Positions 41,203 through 55,073 of a DNA stretch of 64,000 bases are shown here, piece after piece. The stretch comes from Eledone cirrhosa (Eukaryota), in NCBI GenBank assembly GCA_964016885.1, contig OZ024755.1:6138001-6202000 (forward strand). The letters are read 5' to 3'. Under the pieces are notes generated by a model. The model had not been told where the DNA came from, made no database searches, and saw only the letters and a list, made by a program, of their open reading frames with translations. Position numbers and translations under genes: made by a program. The first letter of the stretch is position 1; every line of letters starts with the position of its first letter.

Positions 41203-41620
41203 ATATAATTGAATATATGAGAGGGATGAACACCGATACAAGTATACACGTGTTCCAATTGCAAATGACCAAGTTAGCTAGAATGAAAAATACTAATTTA
41301 AAACAATATGGTTTACCTGTCTCGATTTAAAGTAATAAATCAATAAAAATAACCAACCTATATCGGGCAACTGCCTTTGATACTCGGACAGATCTAAATC
41401 TGTTTCGCAAGAATTATTAAGTGAAAGCCACCATTCCTGTGCTCTTCCACGGGTATCCAGGAAATTAGTACCTTTCACCCCAAGGTTATTTGGTCATTTG
41501 CAATTGGAACAAATGTATACTTCATTGCTCTCATATATTCTATTATATTACACGGCTCGGAAAGATTCCCTTCTTTGAGCTATTTAATTGTAAAAGACTA
41601 TTTTGAGTTTCTAACTCAAT
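41203..41620 (+). repeat. Family G copy
   Basis: Inverted arms (..GTTCCAATTGCAAATGACCAA / TTGGTCATTTGCAATTGGAAC..) and tail TTTGAGCTATTTAATTGTAA..GACTATTTTGAGTTTCTAACTCAAT. Confidence 0.7.
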
Positions 41621-42210
41621 CTATGATATATATATATATATATATATAAGTGTATGAGTGTGTATCTATCTACTGTGCGTCCTTGTGGCAAATAAAGAAA
41701 TCTATCTATCTATCTATATAGACACGTGTACGAATGTGTGCATGCAAGAATGTGTACGGATTTATATCTCAGTATAGATTTCATGTAGACAGGAAGGTTT
41801 TCATTGAAGCAGATATCACAACATATGGTTTTAAATGATGAATAACCACGACAACAGAAATTATAAATATAAAAATGACAATCCACAAACTGTTTCACGG
41901 TAAGACACAGTAAGACTTCAACAACGACATCATCAACTATAAAAGGAAAAGAAATTTATATGTAAACATATATAACTGAATACTTGTCTTCACATAATCA
42001 CTGACATGGCTGTGTGGTTAAGGACTTCATTTGGCAACAACGTGGCTTCTGGTTCAGTCCCCTTGCGCAGTAACGTCAGCAAGTGATTTTTGCTAAGTTA
42101 ACTAAAATTTGTGAGAGGAATTTGGTAAACTACTACAGCAGAAGCCATCGAAATGGTATTCTAATCAAATTCATTTTGCAATGGAGTCGTAATAAATTAA
42201 ATATATATAT

Positions 42211-42372
42211 CAACCCGCCCGTCTCCTCAATGTATCTTATGTCTCATTCTTTCTACTGATGAAGGACTAGCGTCCGAAACGTTAAGACCCTCTTCCTGCT
42301 ATATCAAGCGTTAACCTAATATATCCCTTCCATATACTGTACCAATTATATTGTTATTTCTGTTTACCTTTT
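42211..42372 (+). mobile_element. HHR-bearing short element, family H (copy 2)
   Basis: CTGATGA at 42256-42262, stem II GGAC/GTCC, GAAACGTT at 42276-42283. Confidence 0.75.
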
Positions 42373-42384
42373 ACACACACACAC

Positions 42385-42419
<35 letters not shown>

Positions 42420-42816
42420 TAAGTATGTTTCGAAACAGTGAGCAGGTTTGAAATTAGAAAATAGAATTGCTTTCACCGTATTTTTGACTAAAGAAATTGT
42501 TTAGCCCGATCGTGGGGTTTAGATCCCGCAGATAAAATGGAAAAAGATGAGTATTGATGTATGTATATATATATATATATATTTCTGAACACCACAGCGT
42601 ATAGTATATCAACTAATTTAAGTTTAATGAAGATAACTAAGCATTCACATATGAATTACACTTCAAAACTTCTCATTTTATACGACTAAGAAAACCTACG
42701 CTAATTACTGGTACGAAGGCGACAAAAGTCGTTAGGGTGCAGTCATCTACTCGACCTGGTTTGGTTTATAGCGAAACACACACACACACAAATATATAAC
42801 ATAAACTCACAAAACA

Positions 42817-42865
<49 letters not shown>

Positions 42866-42951
42866 CATATATATATATATATTATGAAGAGAGAAGAAAC
42901 ATTTAGATATAATTAGTAATAAAATGTATCATACCTAAACTGCTCCTAAAT

Positions 42952-43039
42952 TCCTCGACTACGTAGTTTCGTGGCATAAACAAAAACAATATATCAAAGA
43001 TATAGAGTCCTTGCGAGGTCTGCCAACTTATCAAGAGGA
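42952..43039 (-). ncRNA. Mirror copy of the U3-A8 hammerhead
   Basis: Reverse complement of 43587-43674 within the inverted arm. Confidence 0.82.
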
Positions 43040-43586
43040 TACCTCATTTTACTAGTCTCAAGAACGCGTCTACACGACGTGAGAAAGAATCCCAAAAGGC
43101 GGAGGGGGAGATAGTCACGCGATATAACGGTCGAGAAACAGAGCTAAGCCTCTTATAACCACGAAGAAAATACCACGGAGGCGGTATTCATATCGAGGCC
43201 GTAGAAGAGGTAGTGAAGAAGGCGAGAAGTATGAGTAATGGAAGCCTTAACTCACAGTTGGGTGCGGATGCATTCATGTATATATGTGTGTGTCCGCATG
43301 TATCTGTGTGTTTCTAAATATATTAATAACTCCCTCTGGTCGAGCAATCTTTGAAGTGTGGGGACAACTGGAAAGCTTCCATTACTCATACTTCTCGCCT
43401 TCTTCACTACCTCTTCTACGGCCTCGATATGAATACCCCCTCCGCCTCCGTGGTATTCTCTTCGTGGTTATAAGAGGCTTAGCTCTGTTTCTCGACCGTT
43501 ATATCGCGTGACTATCTCCCCCTCCGCCTTTTGGGATTCTTTCTCACGTCGTGTAGACGCGTTCTTGAGACTAGTAAAATGAGGTA

Positions 43587-43674
43587 TCCTCTTGATAAGT
43601 TGGCAGACCTCGCAAGGACTCTATATCTTTGATATATTGTTTTTGTTTATGCCACGAAACTACGTAGTCGAGGA
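43587..43674 (+). ncRNA. Type I hammerhead ribozyme, U3-A8 core variant
   Basis: TCCTC-TTGATAA-GTtGGCA...TGCCAC-GAAAC TACGTA GT-C-GAGGA. Stem III is a 10-nt palindrome. Confidence 0.82.
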
Positions 43675-43905
43675 ATTTAGGAGCAGTTTAGGTATGATAC
43701 ATTTTATTACTAATTATATCTAAATGTTTCTTCTCTCTTCATAATGTATTTTTAACTCTGATACTGGTTCAGTCTGGTTCAAACTGAATTGGTCTGTCCC
43801 AGTCATTCATTGAGCAACATCGGTGAAGTTGGCACCCTTAACTCACAGTTGGGTGCGGATGCATTCATGTATATATGTGTGTGTCCGCATGTATCTGTGT
43901 GTTTC

Positions 43906-43939
<34 letters not shown>

Positions 43940-44139
43940 ATATGCAAGTGAAATAAATAAATAGATTTTAAGAAGAAAAAATAAAGATTATAGAATTGTT
44001 AGAAAGAGAGTAATAGATATGGTTACGGTGAAAGAGAGAGGGTCACAATGATAAGAGAGTGAATAGATAGAGGCATATAATGCACGAGCAAGTGGGAATA
44101 TGTAATGGTGGTGGATGTGGTGGCGTGGTGGGCCGGTAG

Positions 44140-44340
44140 TGGTGGTGGGCCGGTGGTGGTGGTGTAATGGTAGTGACGGTGGTGGTGTAATAGTAGTGGA
44201 TGTGGTGGGCCGGTGGTGGTGGTGTAATGGTAGTGACGGTGGTGGTGTAATAGTAGTGGATGTGGTGGGCCGGTGGTGGTGGTGTAATGGTAGTGACGGT
44301 GGTGGTGTAATAGTAGTGAATGTGGTGGGCCGGTGGAGGT
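44140..44340. repeat. 60-bp tandem repeat (about 3.3 copies)
   Basis: Near-identical consecutive 60-nt blocks from 44161. Confidence 0.9.
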
Positions 44341-45362
44341 GGAGGTGGTAATAGATAAAGGTTAGTGAACATGTTGAAAGGTGAGAAAGTAATTATCTAC
44401 GTGAATAGGAAATATAGAAAAAGACAAAAATACCGAGAGAGAAAGAGAGAGTGTATAAGAGAGAGAGAGTGTTCAAGAGAGAGTGTGTGTGTGTGAGAGA
44501 GAGAGAAGGGGGATAGAAAGAGTAAAGATTATCTGATAATGACTTTTATTGTAACACATAATGTATGTATATATAGATATATATATACACACGCATACAT
44601 ATATATATCTACATATATATCTACATATACATATATATCTACATATATATAGATATATCTACATATATATACATATATGTCTACATATATATACATATAT
44701 GTCTACATATATATACATATATACATATATGTCTACATATATATACATATACACATATACATATGTATATCTACATATATCTACGTATATATACATATAT
44801 ATACATATATATATTTACATATATCTACGTATATATAACTACATATATCTACGTATATATAACTACATATATCTACGTGTATATACATATATATCTACGT
44901 ATATATACATATATATCTACATATTTGTACACATATATACATATATATGCACACACACATACACACATTTATATATATATATATCCCTATATTATTGACG
45001 GTCGTAAGAAAAAGTACTCAATACAGAAACACAGTTTAAATACACAAACGACTAAGTGGTGGGACTTGTTACTGTGGAGTTTCAGTGGCATAACTACCAA
45101 GTTACAGGCTTTCCCACATTGCATTACTTATACCTTAAAAACTACTGACTTTACAATTACGAAATCACACTTCATTGTAGGGACAACACTAAAGAGCTCG
45201 TGTTGATATATGTGTATCTATAGTTAAATCAGCTTGCGGTGTCTAAACCTTTCATGTTATTCTAACTGCAGCAATTCAATTCAACGATATAAGATAACGA
45301 ATTTTTTGTAAGCTTCACAACACGAAATGTTTTTAATAGGCTCTGGTAGTTTCGTTTTCATC

Positions 45363-45403
<41 letters not shown>

Positions 45404-46876
45404 CTAGGCGTGCAGTTGTATATTTTTAGTTTGTAAATGGATAATTGAACTTGATAAGATAACAGAAGAGTCATGAGAAACAGAAAATGAAACGTGGAAA
45501 TAAAAGAAAAAGGCTCACAAATGCTGCCAGTATATTCGCCTACACATTGCGACATGAGACAGCAACTAGATAAAACTGTAATATGTTGGTTCACCATTTA
45601 TATAGAGATATAAAAAACTGAAGTGTCGGATAATATACATGGCAAATTCACTCACATATATGCATACGAACACAAACATATCTAAATTCATGTACGTCAG
45701 AACAGCAATGCATATAAATGTGTGGCTTTTATACAAAATACTGCAACGCAAAGAATATTTACAATAACTCTTAAGTGAATCAACAATATAGCTCTTTGAA
45801 ACGGAAAATGTGGACATAACCAGCCGTGGGACTCGAACCTCATCACTCGGTTAAAATAGAAAATTGTGTTAACATTATACCAAAGTGACAAATGTACCTG
45901 TTGCATATATTTCACAGGTAATTGGGTCAAGATCACGCATAGAAACTATAGACACCACTCCAAGATCGATCTACTCATCAGAGTGTTGAATCAACAAAAA
46001 ATATTTTGTTGAACCACCAGTCAGATGTACAGGCGACCCTATCCCTCCTCCATCGGGTGAGCGAAGGACAGTTATATATATGTATGTAAATATGTGTAAA
46101 ATTACACACACAGATACACAACAGTATGTATATATTTATGTATAAAAGTTGAAGAAATTCAAATATACATATAATAAGAACTAACCACATTATACCTCAT
46201 GAGTATACAAGTACAGAGTTACATGCCAAATATCATGTATTAACTTATATACAACAGCAATAATGTTTACATACTTGGCACATTCATAATAAACAGACAT
46301 GAAACCACATACACAGATACAAACGGATACACACATAGGCACACACTCACACAGGCACACACAAATTCGTTATCACAAAGAAAGGTGTTAATAGCCGTTG
46401 GGTAAACGAAGAAGGAATAAAGAGTAGCGAATGTAAGTTTGTTTATATCTGCATTATATTGCTTCAAGACATAAAGTACAGAAAACAACGTAACAAGTGT
46501 TTGCTACATTTTCCTCCTTTTTCTTTGTTTCTGTTTCATTACAGAGAAAGAAGATAGAGGGGGTAAAAATCATGTATTTCTACCGTAAAATGGCTGTAAG
46601 CGTCCGGTAGCAAAGTGAGGACTGAATCGCCCAGAAATTAATGAATTTGACTTAGATTCTCATGAATAGAATTTACGGCCATGATTTGTTCTTGACATAA
46701 AGATGAGTGAGAAAATTATTTAATGGAATATTTACAGTTAGAGTCTCAGGCATGCTTGTATGTGGTTAACAAGATTGAAAACTATCAAGAATTTACAATT
46801 CTTTAGCAATATAACAACGTTTGTCAGTGGTATGTTGGTGTTTTGAACCTAACATAGGTTCCTACATGAAATTATA

Positions 46877-46985
46877 ATTGTTTCTACTTTTGGCACAAAG
46901 CCAGCAATTATCCCAGTCCATTACTGGTACTTTATTTTATCGACCCCATAAGGATGAAAGGCAAAGTTAACTTTGGTGGGATTTA
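46877..46985 (-). mobile_element. SINE, 5'-truncated
   Basis: Family 3' half. Confidence 0.8.
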
Positions 46986-48246
46986 AGGAACATATTTAGA
47001 TAAATGTAAACACATTAGAGCAAACTGTTTTGTATTATAGAATTATGGGTGGATCAGGCAGTTTCGTATCAAAATGAATAAACATGATTTTTCTTCCAAA
47101 GAGATATTTTATCTGTTGTGTCAGCAATGGAAGGAGAGTTTGGGGACTCTGCTCCCATGACCTTCTAAGGAATAAGTGTTCGAAGAAGAAGCAGTGTTAG
47201 TAATAAGTGATAATGGAGGCAACAATATTAAAAGTTGAAGTACTTTTGAAGTATATCTTTTGTGTGTTCCTATATATTCCCTTGTTTTAAATTCCTGAAT
47301 ACTGAATGTCTTCTCCGAAAACCTATATAAAATTTACAAATGCTAATCCTAACAATCTATTTTGATGTATCATAACGATAACAGATCTGTTGCCTTTCCA
47401 AAACAGCATGGGTAATGTTCAGCTTTGATTTCAAGACAAGAAACCACATTAATACTGAATAACTACTAACTGCATACCCATGGTACAGAGGTGTCTATTA
47501 CCACAGTACTGCTCATATATTAGATGGAGCAGTTGTTGTATAAACAACCAATATAGATGCCATATACAAAAGGCCATCTGATTGAATGACACACCTTCGT
47601 AGTCCAAAATACTGCAGCGACTACCGTTTCTTTGGAGTTGCTATCTGTACACAACAATATTGCACAAAAGAGCCCATTACAGCTTTATCTCCATCTACGG
47701 TCTTTCTACTTTTATCGTAATCTATACTGCGTATAATATATATATATATATATACTTTTAACAACACCAAATGTTACATCTTGATGGTCGAAAGCGCTAA
47801 AATAATGGTTTACAATTTACTTTGGGATTTATGTGGTAAGCAGTGTTTTTTTTTTTTTACTTCGGATAACACATACATACACATATATATATATATATAG
47901 ATAAGTGTGTGTGTGACAGGATGAAGGAAAAAGACACCCAGTGTTGATAGTATCAAGGATTATCTAAATATTCCTTCGTTTAACTTCAAATATCTTTAAG
48001 TTCGTATATGGAAATAGATATATCCATTTCAGATATTTTCAAAGTCTGAAGGAAAAGAAGGGGACAACTGCATCAGTAATGGATATTTTCACTGTTTTAC
48101 TTGCAGAATATTTAACTCTAACTGAAAATATATTTACACATTTTTGTGTGTGAATATAGAAATATAATAGGGCAGCAACAACAGATGTCATATGCATAAA
48201 ATAATATGTAAATCATAGGCCCCATAAGTACATACATACAGGCGTT

Positions 48247-48426
48247 TATTGGCAGTATCGGTAGAAGGTCGGACGCCATGCTTTCAGGCATAGTTACGTC
48301 CCTTTACGATCCGAGTTCGAATCCCGCCGAGGTTGACTTTGCCTTTCATCCTTACGGGGTCGATAAAATAAAGTACCAGTAATGCACTGGGTAATTGCTG
48401 GCCTTGTGCCTAAAGTAGAAACAATT
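48247..48426 (+). mobile_element. SINE (major family)
   Basis: TTGGCAGTATCGGTAG A box, GTTCGAATCC B box and family body. Confidence 0.85.
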
Positions 48427-49753
48427 ATATATATATATAGCTCTGATTTATCTGAATTATTGAGCCCTCTGCCGCTCATATCGAATTTTGTTTATCGTGA
48501 ACTCGTGCGCCGATTTTTCGATACTCGATTATTCTACTATATATATATATATAAATATGTATATATATATAAATATGTATATGTATATATATATATATAT
48601 ATAAATAAATACACATAAATGTATACACACACGCATACACACACCCACATGTGTGTGTGTGTGTGCGTGTGCGTGTGCGTGTGTGTGTGTGCGCGCGTAT
48701 TTCGTTAAATAATTGTTTCTACTTTTGGCCAGCAATACTTTTGGCCAGCAAGTATTCCAGTGTATTACTGGTACTGGTGTGTATTTCGTTAAAAAATCTT
48801 AATGAAATATTACTGCTATATTTAGTCGTATTTCATGGCTGACTATCTTATACGATGTGATAAATCATTCTCTAACTTTTGGCTTCCGATGCCAGAAAAC
48901 CCATTCCAACATTCATTATTAAATTAAATAAACTGACAGTCACAGCTGGCCTTACTCTAAGGCTATAGTTACAATGACCATCTACACATGTCTATATGTA
49001 TATACGAGTACATATATGTATATGATATGATGTATATAATATGATATACATGTATATGTATATGATATGATATATATATATGGTTACATATGTATATATG
49101 CATGTATGTATATACGTATGCATATCAATTCAGGAATATACATATGTACATGCATGTATATATATATACGTATACCTATATATACACATACATATACACA
49201 CATACACCTACACCTATATATACACATACACCTATATATACACATACACCTATATATACACATACACCTATATATATATATATGTATATATATATAAATA
49301 TATATATATATGCCAAAGTTACCATCTATCGTATCAATAATAAGGACCACATATTGCAATAAGCTGGGGTTCAAGAGACCCCCTTCCTTTTTAATAAGCG
49401 ACCAAAAATGAGATCTATGAGATCTACAGGGTGTACTCATGTAGAACATCTCAACATTCTACTGACGAAGATCGCGGAGGAACCCACATCACGAGGCGAA
49501 GCACAAATAAGGGCAGCAGCAACAAACTCCCTTTGCACCAATGAGCTGCCACGGAGAGCTCTATTATAGAATTTGTAACATATATGGCGGTGCCCCAGCA
49601 TGGCCTCAGCCATACTTCATATCTATTTAAATATATTTTTGGCATCATCATTAGTAGTAGTACTATTAGTAGCAGCAGTAGTACCAGTGGTGGTGGTGGT
49701 AGTAGCAGTGGTGGTGGTGATAGTAGTAGTAGTAGTGGTGGTAGTTTTAGTAA

Positions 49754-49785
<32 letters not shown>

Positions 49786-49859
49786 AAATGTAGTGCGAGA
49801 AACAAAAGACAAACACAGAACTAACTGAAACAGAAGAAGGAGGAGAGTAGGAGTGAGAT

Positions 49860-50238
49860 CGTTTCTTATTTAGGTACAAGGCCAGCAATTTGAGGGGAGG
49901 GGAAGTCGATTATATCAACCTCAGTGCGTGACTGGTACTTTATTTTATCGACCCAGTAAGGATGAAAGGAAAAGTTCACCTCGGATCATAAAGGGCCGTA
50001 ACTCTATGCTGCAAAGCATGGCGTCAGACCCTCTACCGATATTATCAATGATTAATAATTATTTTTACTTTTGGCACAAGGCCAGCAATTATTCCATTGT
50101 ATTACTGGTACTTTATTTTATCGATCCCGTAAGGATGAAAGCCAAAGTTGACCTCGGCGGGATTTGAACTCAGACCATAAAGGGCCGTAACTCTTTGCTG
50201 CAAAAAATGGCGTCCGACTCTCTACCGATACTGCCAAT
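49860..50238 (-). mobile_element. Head-to-tail SINE dimer
   Basis: Two family units joined by AATGATTAATAATTATTT. Confidence 0.8.
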
Positions 50239-52587
50239 GAATAAAGATGAAAATAACAAGGAAGAATGAGTCACATTAGGAATTAGATTAGTAGAGGAAG
50301 GAACACAAGGTAAAGTTAATCATTATCAGATTATTTCTTGAGTAGGTTATTGTGTTGGCTGATGAACTTCCAGCTGGCTTTTCATCAAGAAGACCTCTTT
50401 ACTAATCAATAAATGGGGTCAGGGTTGATATGATGCCAGTGGTAGAAGATGTGGGGTACTAGATGTTGTGTTACATGACTTATTGACCTAATATTGGTGA
50501 GTTGAGACTGTCAGCACATCATACTCGCAATGTATACTTCATAATATAAAGATAAAAATAATCTCACGCATACACGCACACACATACACACGCACACACA
50601 CACACAACCTTTAGTAAGGAACACCTGTTGTAATGAAAGTCATTCATGCTATCAAATGCTCTTTCATTAAAATCCTGCCAGGGAATGAATAAAAAAGCTA
50701 AAGTATATATTCATGTGTGTTGGACCTCGGTCAGTTTCGACGAGCGGTTAAACAGTTCCAATCCACCTAATTTCCATCACACATTAATAAGTAAGTTGGT
50801 GAAATTTCCATGGTCGCGTGAAACGTTAGCATAATTCTCAGGAAGATTCAACACGAGTATGTAACAGAGTATCAAGTTTGGACATTTAAATTACAGGTAA
50901 AGTCAAACTGAAGAGCTTCCAAAATAGATTTTCCTCTACCCAACGTGGCTCACAAGGCATGGGTTAACCGAGGCCCAGGTAAACCACACTTACCCAAGAT
51001 GCTACGTAATTGCATCGAACCCAGACCTCAATTATTGTGAAGAGAACTCTTTAAGTAATCGTCAGTATTTTGTAAGTTCACAATGAATTCCTTAGAATTT
51101 GTAACACGAGATTATATAAGAATTCTGACAGTTCTTTGTACAACAGAGATTTAGAACAGAAATATTCTGCACTCTGACGAACATATTCTGCATAGGTATG
51201 TATTGTATAGGTTGGAAAATGAAAGTAGCATTGACAGCTAAAGTAGCCTTTCTTAAAACACTAATTGTTACATTATTCCAATAATAAGCTGTCACAATAC
51301 GGGTAGAACAGATTAGGAGAAATAAATAAAATAGAATGCGAATGCTTGTAAGTTCTAAATGTATAAGAAAATGGGGACTAGAACACGAAAATATCAAATG
51401 TAAATATAAGGCATTTGTCAAAAAATATCAAGGTTATATATTCCTATGATACTGTATCGACAATATTCAAAGTCATCCGTAGAATGTAATTTTGAAGGCC
51501 AGACTTGTCACATTCATTCTGAAGTTAACTGTCATTCTGAATTTAACTGAGAACTCTATTAGGATGAGGTACCCATGGTATACATTTTAACTGGAACCTT
51601 AACTTCACAAACCGAAAGAATTAATTTATGACTCGGTTTAACACCCACTTCCTGGTTCGTTGATGATTTTAACAAGTATTCCTGAGTCATTTAAATGAAA
51701 GAATATTCTTTCTTTTATCACAATGCAATATAAACTAAGAAAACATGAAAGAACAGCCGAACTCTCACCGTCATCGCCTCCATTTCTCTGGCCCTTCCTA
51801 TATTTCTGTATGGTGAGAAAATGGGGTCCCACGTGCTGGCCTCCCCACAGAATGGAGAAGGCGTTCCCCGGAGTATGGTAAGGGAAATAACTAGAACCAA
51901 CATAGTCGAACCAGACGGAAATCCAATATACTATGGTGAGGTCATCTCATATTGAAATATCTACAGTTACTTCTTCTTAAACTTACAAGTTGCACTCTTT
52001 TAAACTGGGAACAAAGTTGGAGATTTTATTTGCATTATAAATAATTGTATTTCCTTACGGTTGGTTCGTGTCTTTGATTCTATGAACAAAGAAGTGATAA
52101 GGTCGCTAAAGAATCCCTGCCGATAATGGCCTAACAGTAATATTGTATATTCCTTTGTTCAAAATCAATATTTTCAGAACAGAATTGGTATATATATCTA
52201 TATGCATACACATATATACAAACATATATACATAGTCATACATACATACATACACACATATATGTGTGCATATATACATATATGTGTGCATATCCATCAT
52301 ATATATACCTAAACGCACACATATATAATTGAATATATATGTACATATAACCCCACACAGAGGAGCCCCCCCCCATATATATATATATCAGCACAATATG
52401 CACATAATTTTCGCACATTAATGTGTTAGTGCAGTTGTAATGCTATTTTACGCAACATCTGCTCCGTTAGTAAGATATATGTGAGATTACAACAATACAA
52501 AAATAGGAAAATACGGTGGACGTCATTCGAGAAAAACAGATAAATATGCAACAGTGTATGACTGGAAATAGAGAACAGACCTAGTAC

Positions 52588-52662
<75 letters not shown>

Positions 52663-52751
52663 GGGTCATGACCCCGACGGCTGAGCTCCGGCCGTTTCGA
52701 CAGCTAGTTCTGAACGTAATCATATATATATATATATATGATTATATATAT

Positions 52752-52878
52752 AATTGTTTCTACTTTTGGCACAAGGCCAGCAATTATCCCAGGATTTGAA
52801 CTCAGACCATACAGGGCCGTAACTCTTTGCTGCAAAGCATGGCGTCCGACCCTCTACCGATACTGCCCTCCACCGCCC
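52752..52878 (-). mobile_element. SINE, internally deleted
   Basis: Both family ends are present and the central domain is missing. Confidence 0.8.
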
Positions 52879-52901
52879 TTGTATGTATATATATATATAT
52901 A

Positions 52902-53040
52902 TAATTATGTAATAAACAGCACAATATAATTATTACATTCCCCAAGGTTTCAGGAAGTTAGACGTTTCTCTTAGAATCGTCTAACGTCGTAAAACCTTGG
53001 GTAATGGAATAATTATATCGTGTTGCTTATTACATAATTA
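52902..53040. repeat. Diverged palindrome related to the 61151 family
   Basis: Shares the tail AATGGAATAATT..TGTT..TTATTACATAA. Arms are about 62 bp. Confidence 0.7.
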
Positions 53041-53626
53041 AATAGCCCTGTCTGTACTATACATAGAGCTATCTTCTTTCCTTTAACCTTTCCACGGAAA
53101 TACTTAATATATATTATACATCTGTGTGTATGTATGTGTGTTTACGTGTGTAAATGTACTTAAGTGAACATGTGATATTCCATAAAAGTATACATATCCA
53201 TACACACTCACACGTGCAGCTAGCAAATGTATACGTGTGTCCTTCCGTATCAAGTCTGCTTATATATTAATACATTAATTTATAATGAATGTTCCGTTTT
53301 TGTTTTTTTTTTCATATTTACGTCATGCAATGTTTACGTAATATATTCTGCGCTATATATGCCAGTCTTATTAACAATGGTTTTTTTTTTGCTTGCTTCG
53401 GAAATATTTATTATTTATTTGTTTATATATTATCTAAGTTAGCTATAGTTGAGTATGTCTCTAAATTTGTTTTGATCACATGGTTGTTTGGTTACGAAGT
53501 ACAGATCTACATTAGAAGATTCCGTTGGTAACTCTACGGGAAAATGTACCCAATACATGTAGTATTGAGTACATTCTTACTTAAATTTTAATAACACATA
53601 TCTATATGTGTAAATCTCTCTCTCTC

Positions 53627-53678
<52 letters not shown>

Positions 53679-53900
53679 TTCCTGAGTCGGGCCCAATCGG
53701 TAGAGATCGAACCTTGGGCTGATAAATCGCGAAACTCGTGTTACATCTGAATAAAGTTAATGAAAAGTTGACACCTCGTCAATACATATGTAGATTATAT
53801 ACATATATATATATCGATATATATACTTGTCTATTCCCATATTCTCTCATATATATGTATATATACACAAATATACATTCACGGCGACACACGCACACAA

Positions 53901-53979
<79 letters not shown>

Positions 53980-54290
53980 ATACATTAGTAGCGATCCTTT
54001 CAATGCGAAGTAATATTGAAGATTCACTGACTTTTATGGCAATTAATTCTTTAAGAGGTTAGATATAAAAGATGAAAGGTCAAGTACGACAAACAAAGTG
54101 TGAATCTGACACTAATGAAATGCTTATCAACTTGTAGTAATTAGTGAAATAATTCATTAACAACCATCACATCTGTACCCTCATCCATATATATATATAT
54201 ATACACACACATACATATATATATACATGTGTGTGTGTGTGGTGTGTTTGTGTGTGTGCGTGTGCTAGTCATGTACATGTAAGATATATA

Positions 54291-54337
<47 letters not shown>

Positions 54338-54698
54338 CGTGTGTCTCTGTGCGTCAGTCGTATACATAAATCACGATACATATATATGTATATACACACA
54401 CACACCACACACACACATATACATATATATATATATATATATACAGATAGTAAGTATCAGGTTTGGACGAGTTCACCTCAAAAATAAATGAACGCCAATT
54501 ATGTTATACATAATATTACACATCTGTTGCCCTGAGGTAATTTCTATTGTTCTTCTAAATATGGAAATATTGTATGGTGGATAACCAGTGTTGTTCAAGT
54601 AGCTTTTCTCTTATTGTTCAGAGCTAGCTACTCGTGCTCATGGTGTTGTCATAACCTTGGGTTGAACTACTCCAAACAGAGCAAAGGGGATATACTAT

Positions 54699-55073
54699 AA
54701 TTGTTTCTACTTTAGGCACAAGGCCAGCAATTATCCAGTGTATTACTGGTACTTTATTTTATCGACCCCGTAAGGAAGAAAGGCAAAGTTAACCTCGGCG
54801 GGATTTGAACTCAGATCATTAAGGGAGGTAACTATGCTGCAAAGCATAGCGTCCGACCCTCTACCGATACTGCCAATGATTAATAATTATTTCTACTTTT
54901 GGCACAAGGCCAGCAATTATCCCAGTGCATTACTGGTACTTTATTTTATCGACCCCCGTAAGGATGAAAGGCAAATTAAACCTCGGCGGGATTTGAACTC
55001 AGACCGTAAAGGGACGTAACTATGCTGAAAAGCATGGCGTCTGACCCTCTACCGATACTGCCAATCCACCGCC
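54699..55073 (-). mobile_element. Head-to-tail SINE dimer
   Basis: Two units with the same AATGATTAATAATTATTT junction as 49860-50238. Confidence 0.85.

Larger units (their letters stand above)
42881..43914 (+). mobile_element. Non-autonomous PLE/retrozyme-like element: 591-nt unit in partial tandem plus 365-bp inverted arm
   Basis: 79-bp direct repeat at 43245-43323 and 43836-43914. Inverted arms at 42881-43245 and 43375-43745. It carries an HHR and has (TA)n on both sides. Confidence 0.85.

Noticed and set aside
49462-49575. CTGACGA with TTCTA/TAGAA flanks
   Set aside because: There is no intact GAAA box or convincing stem II/III.
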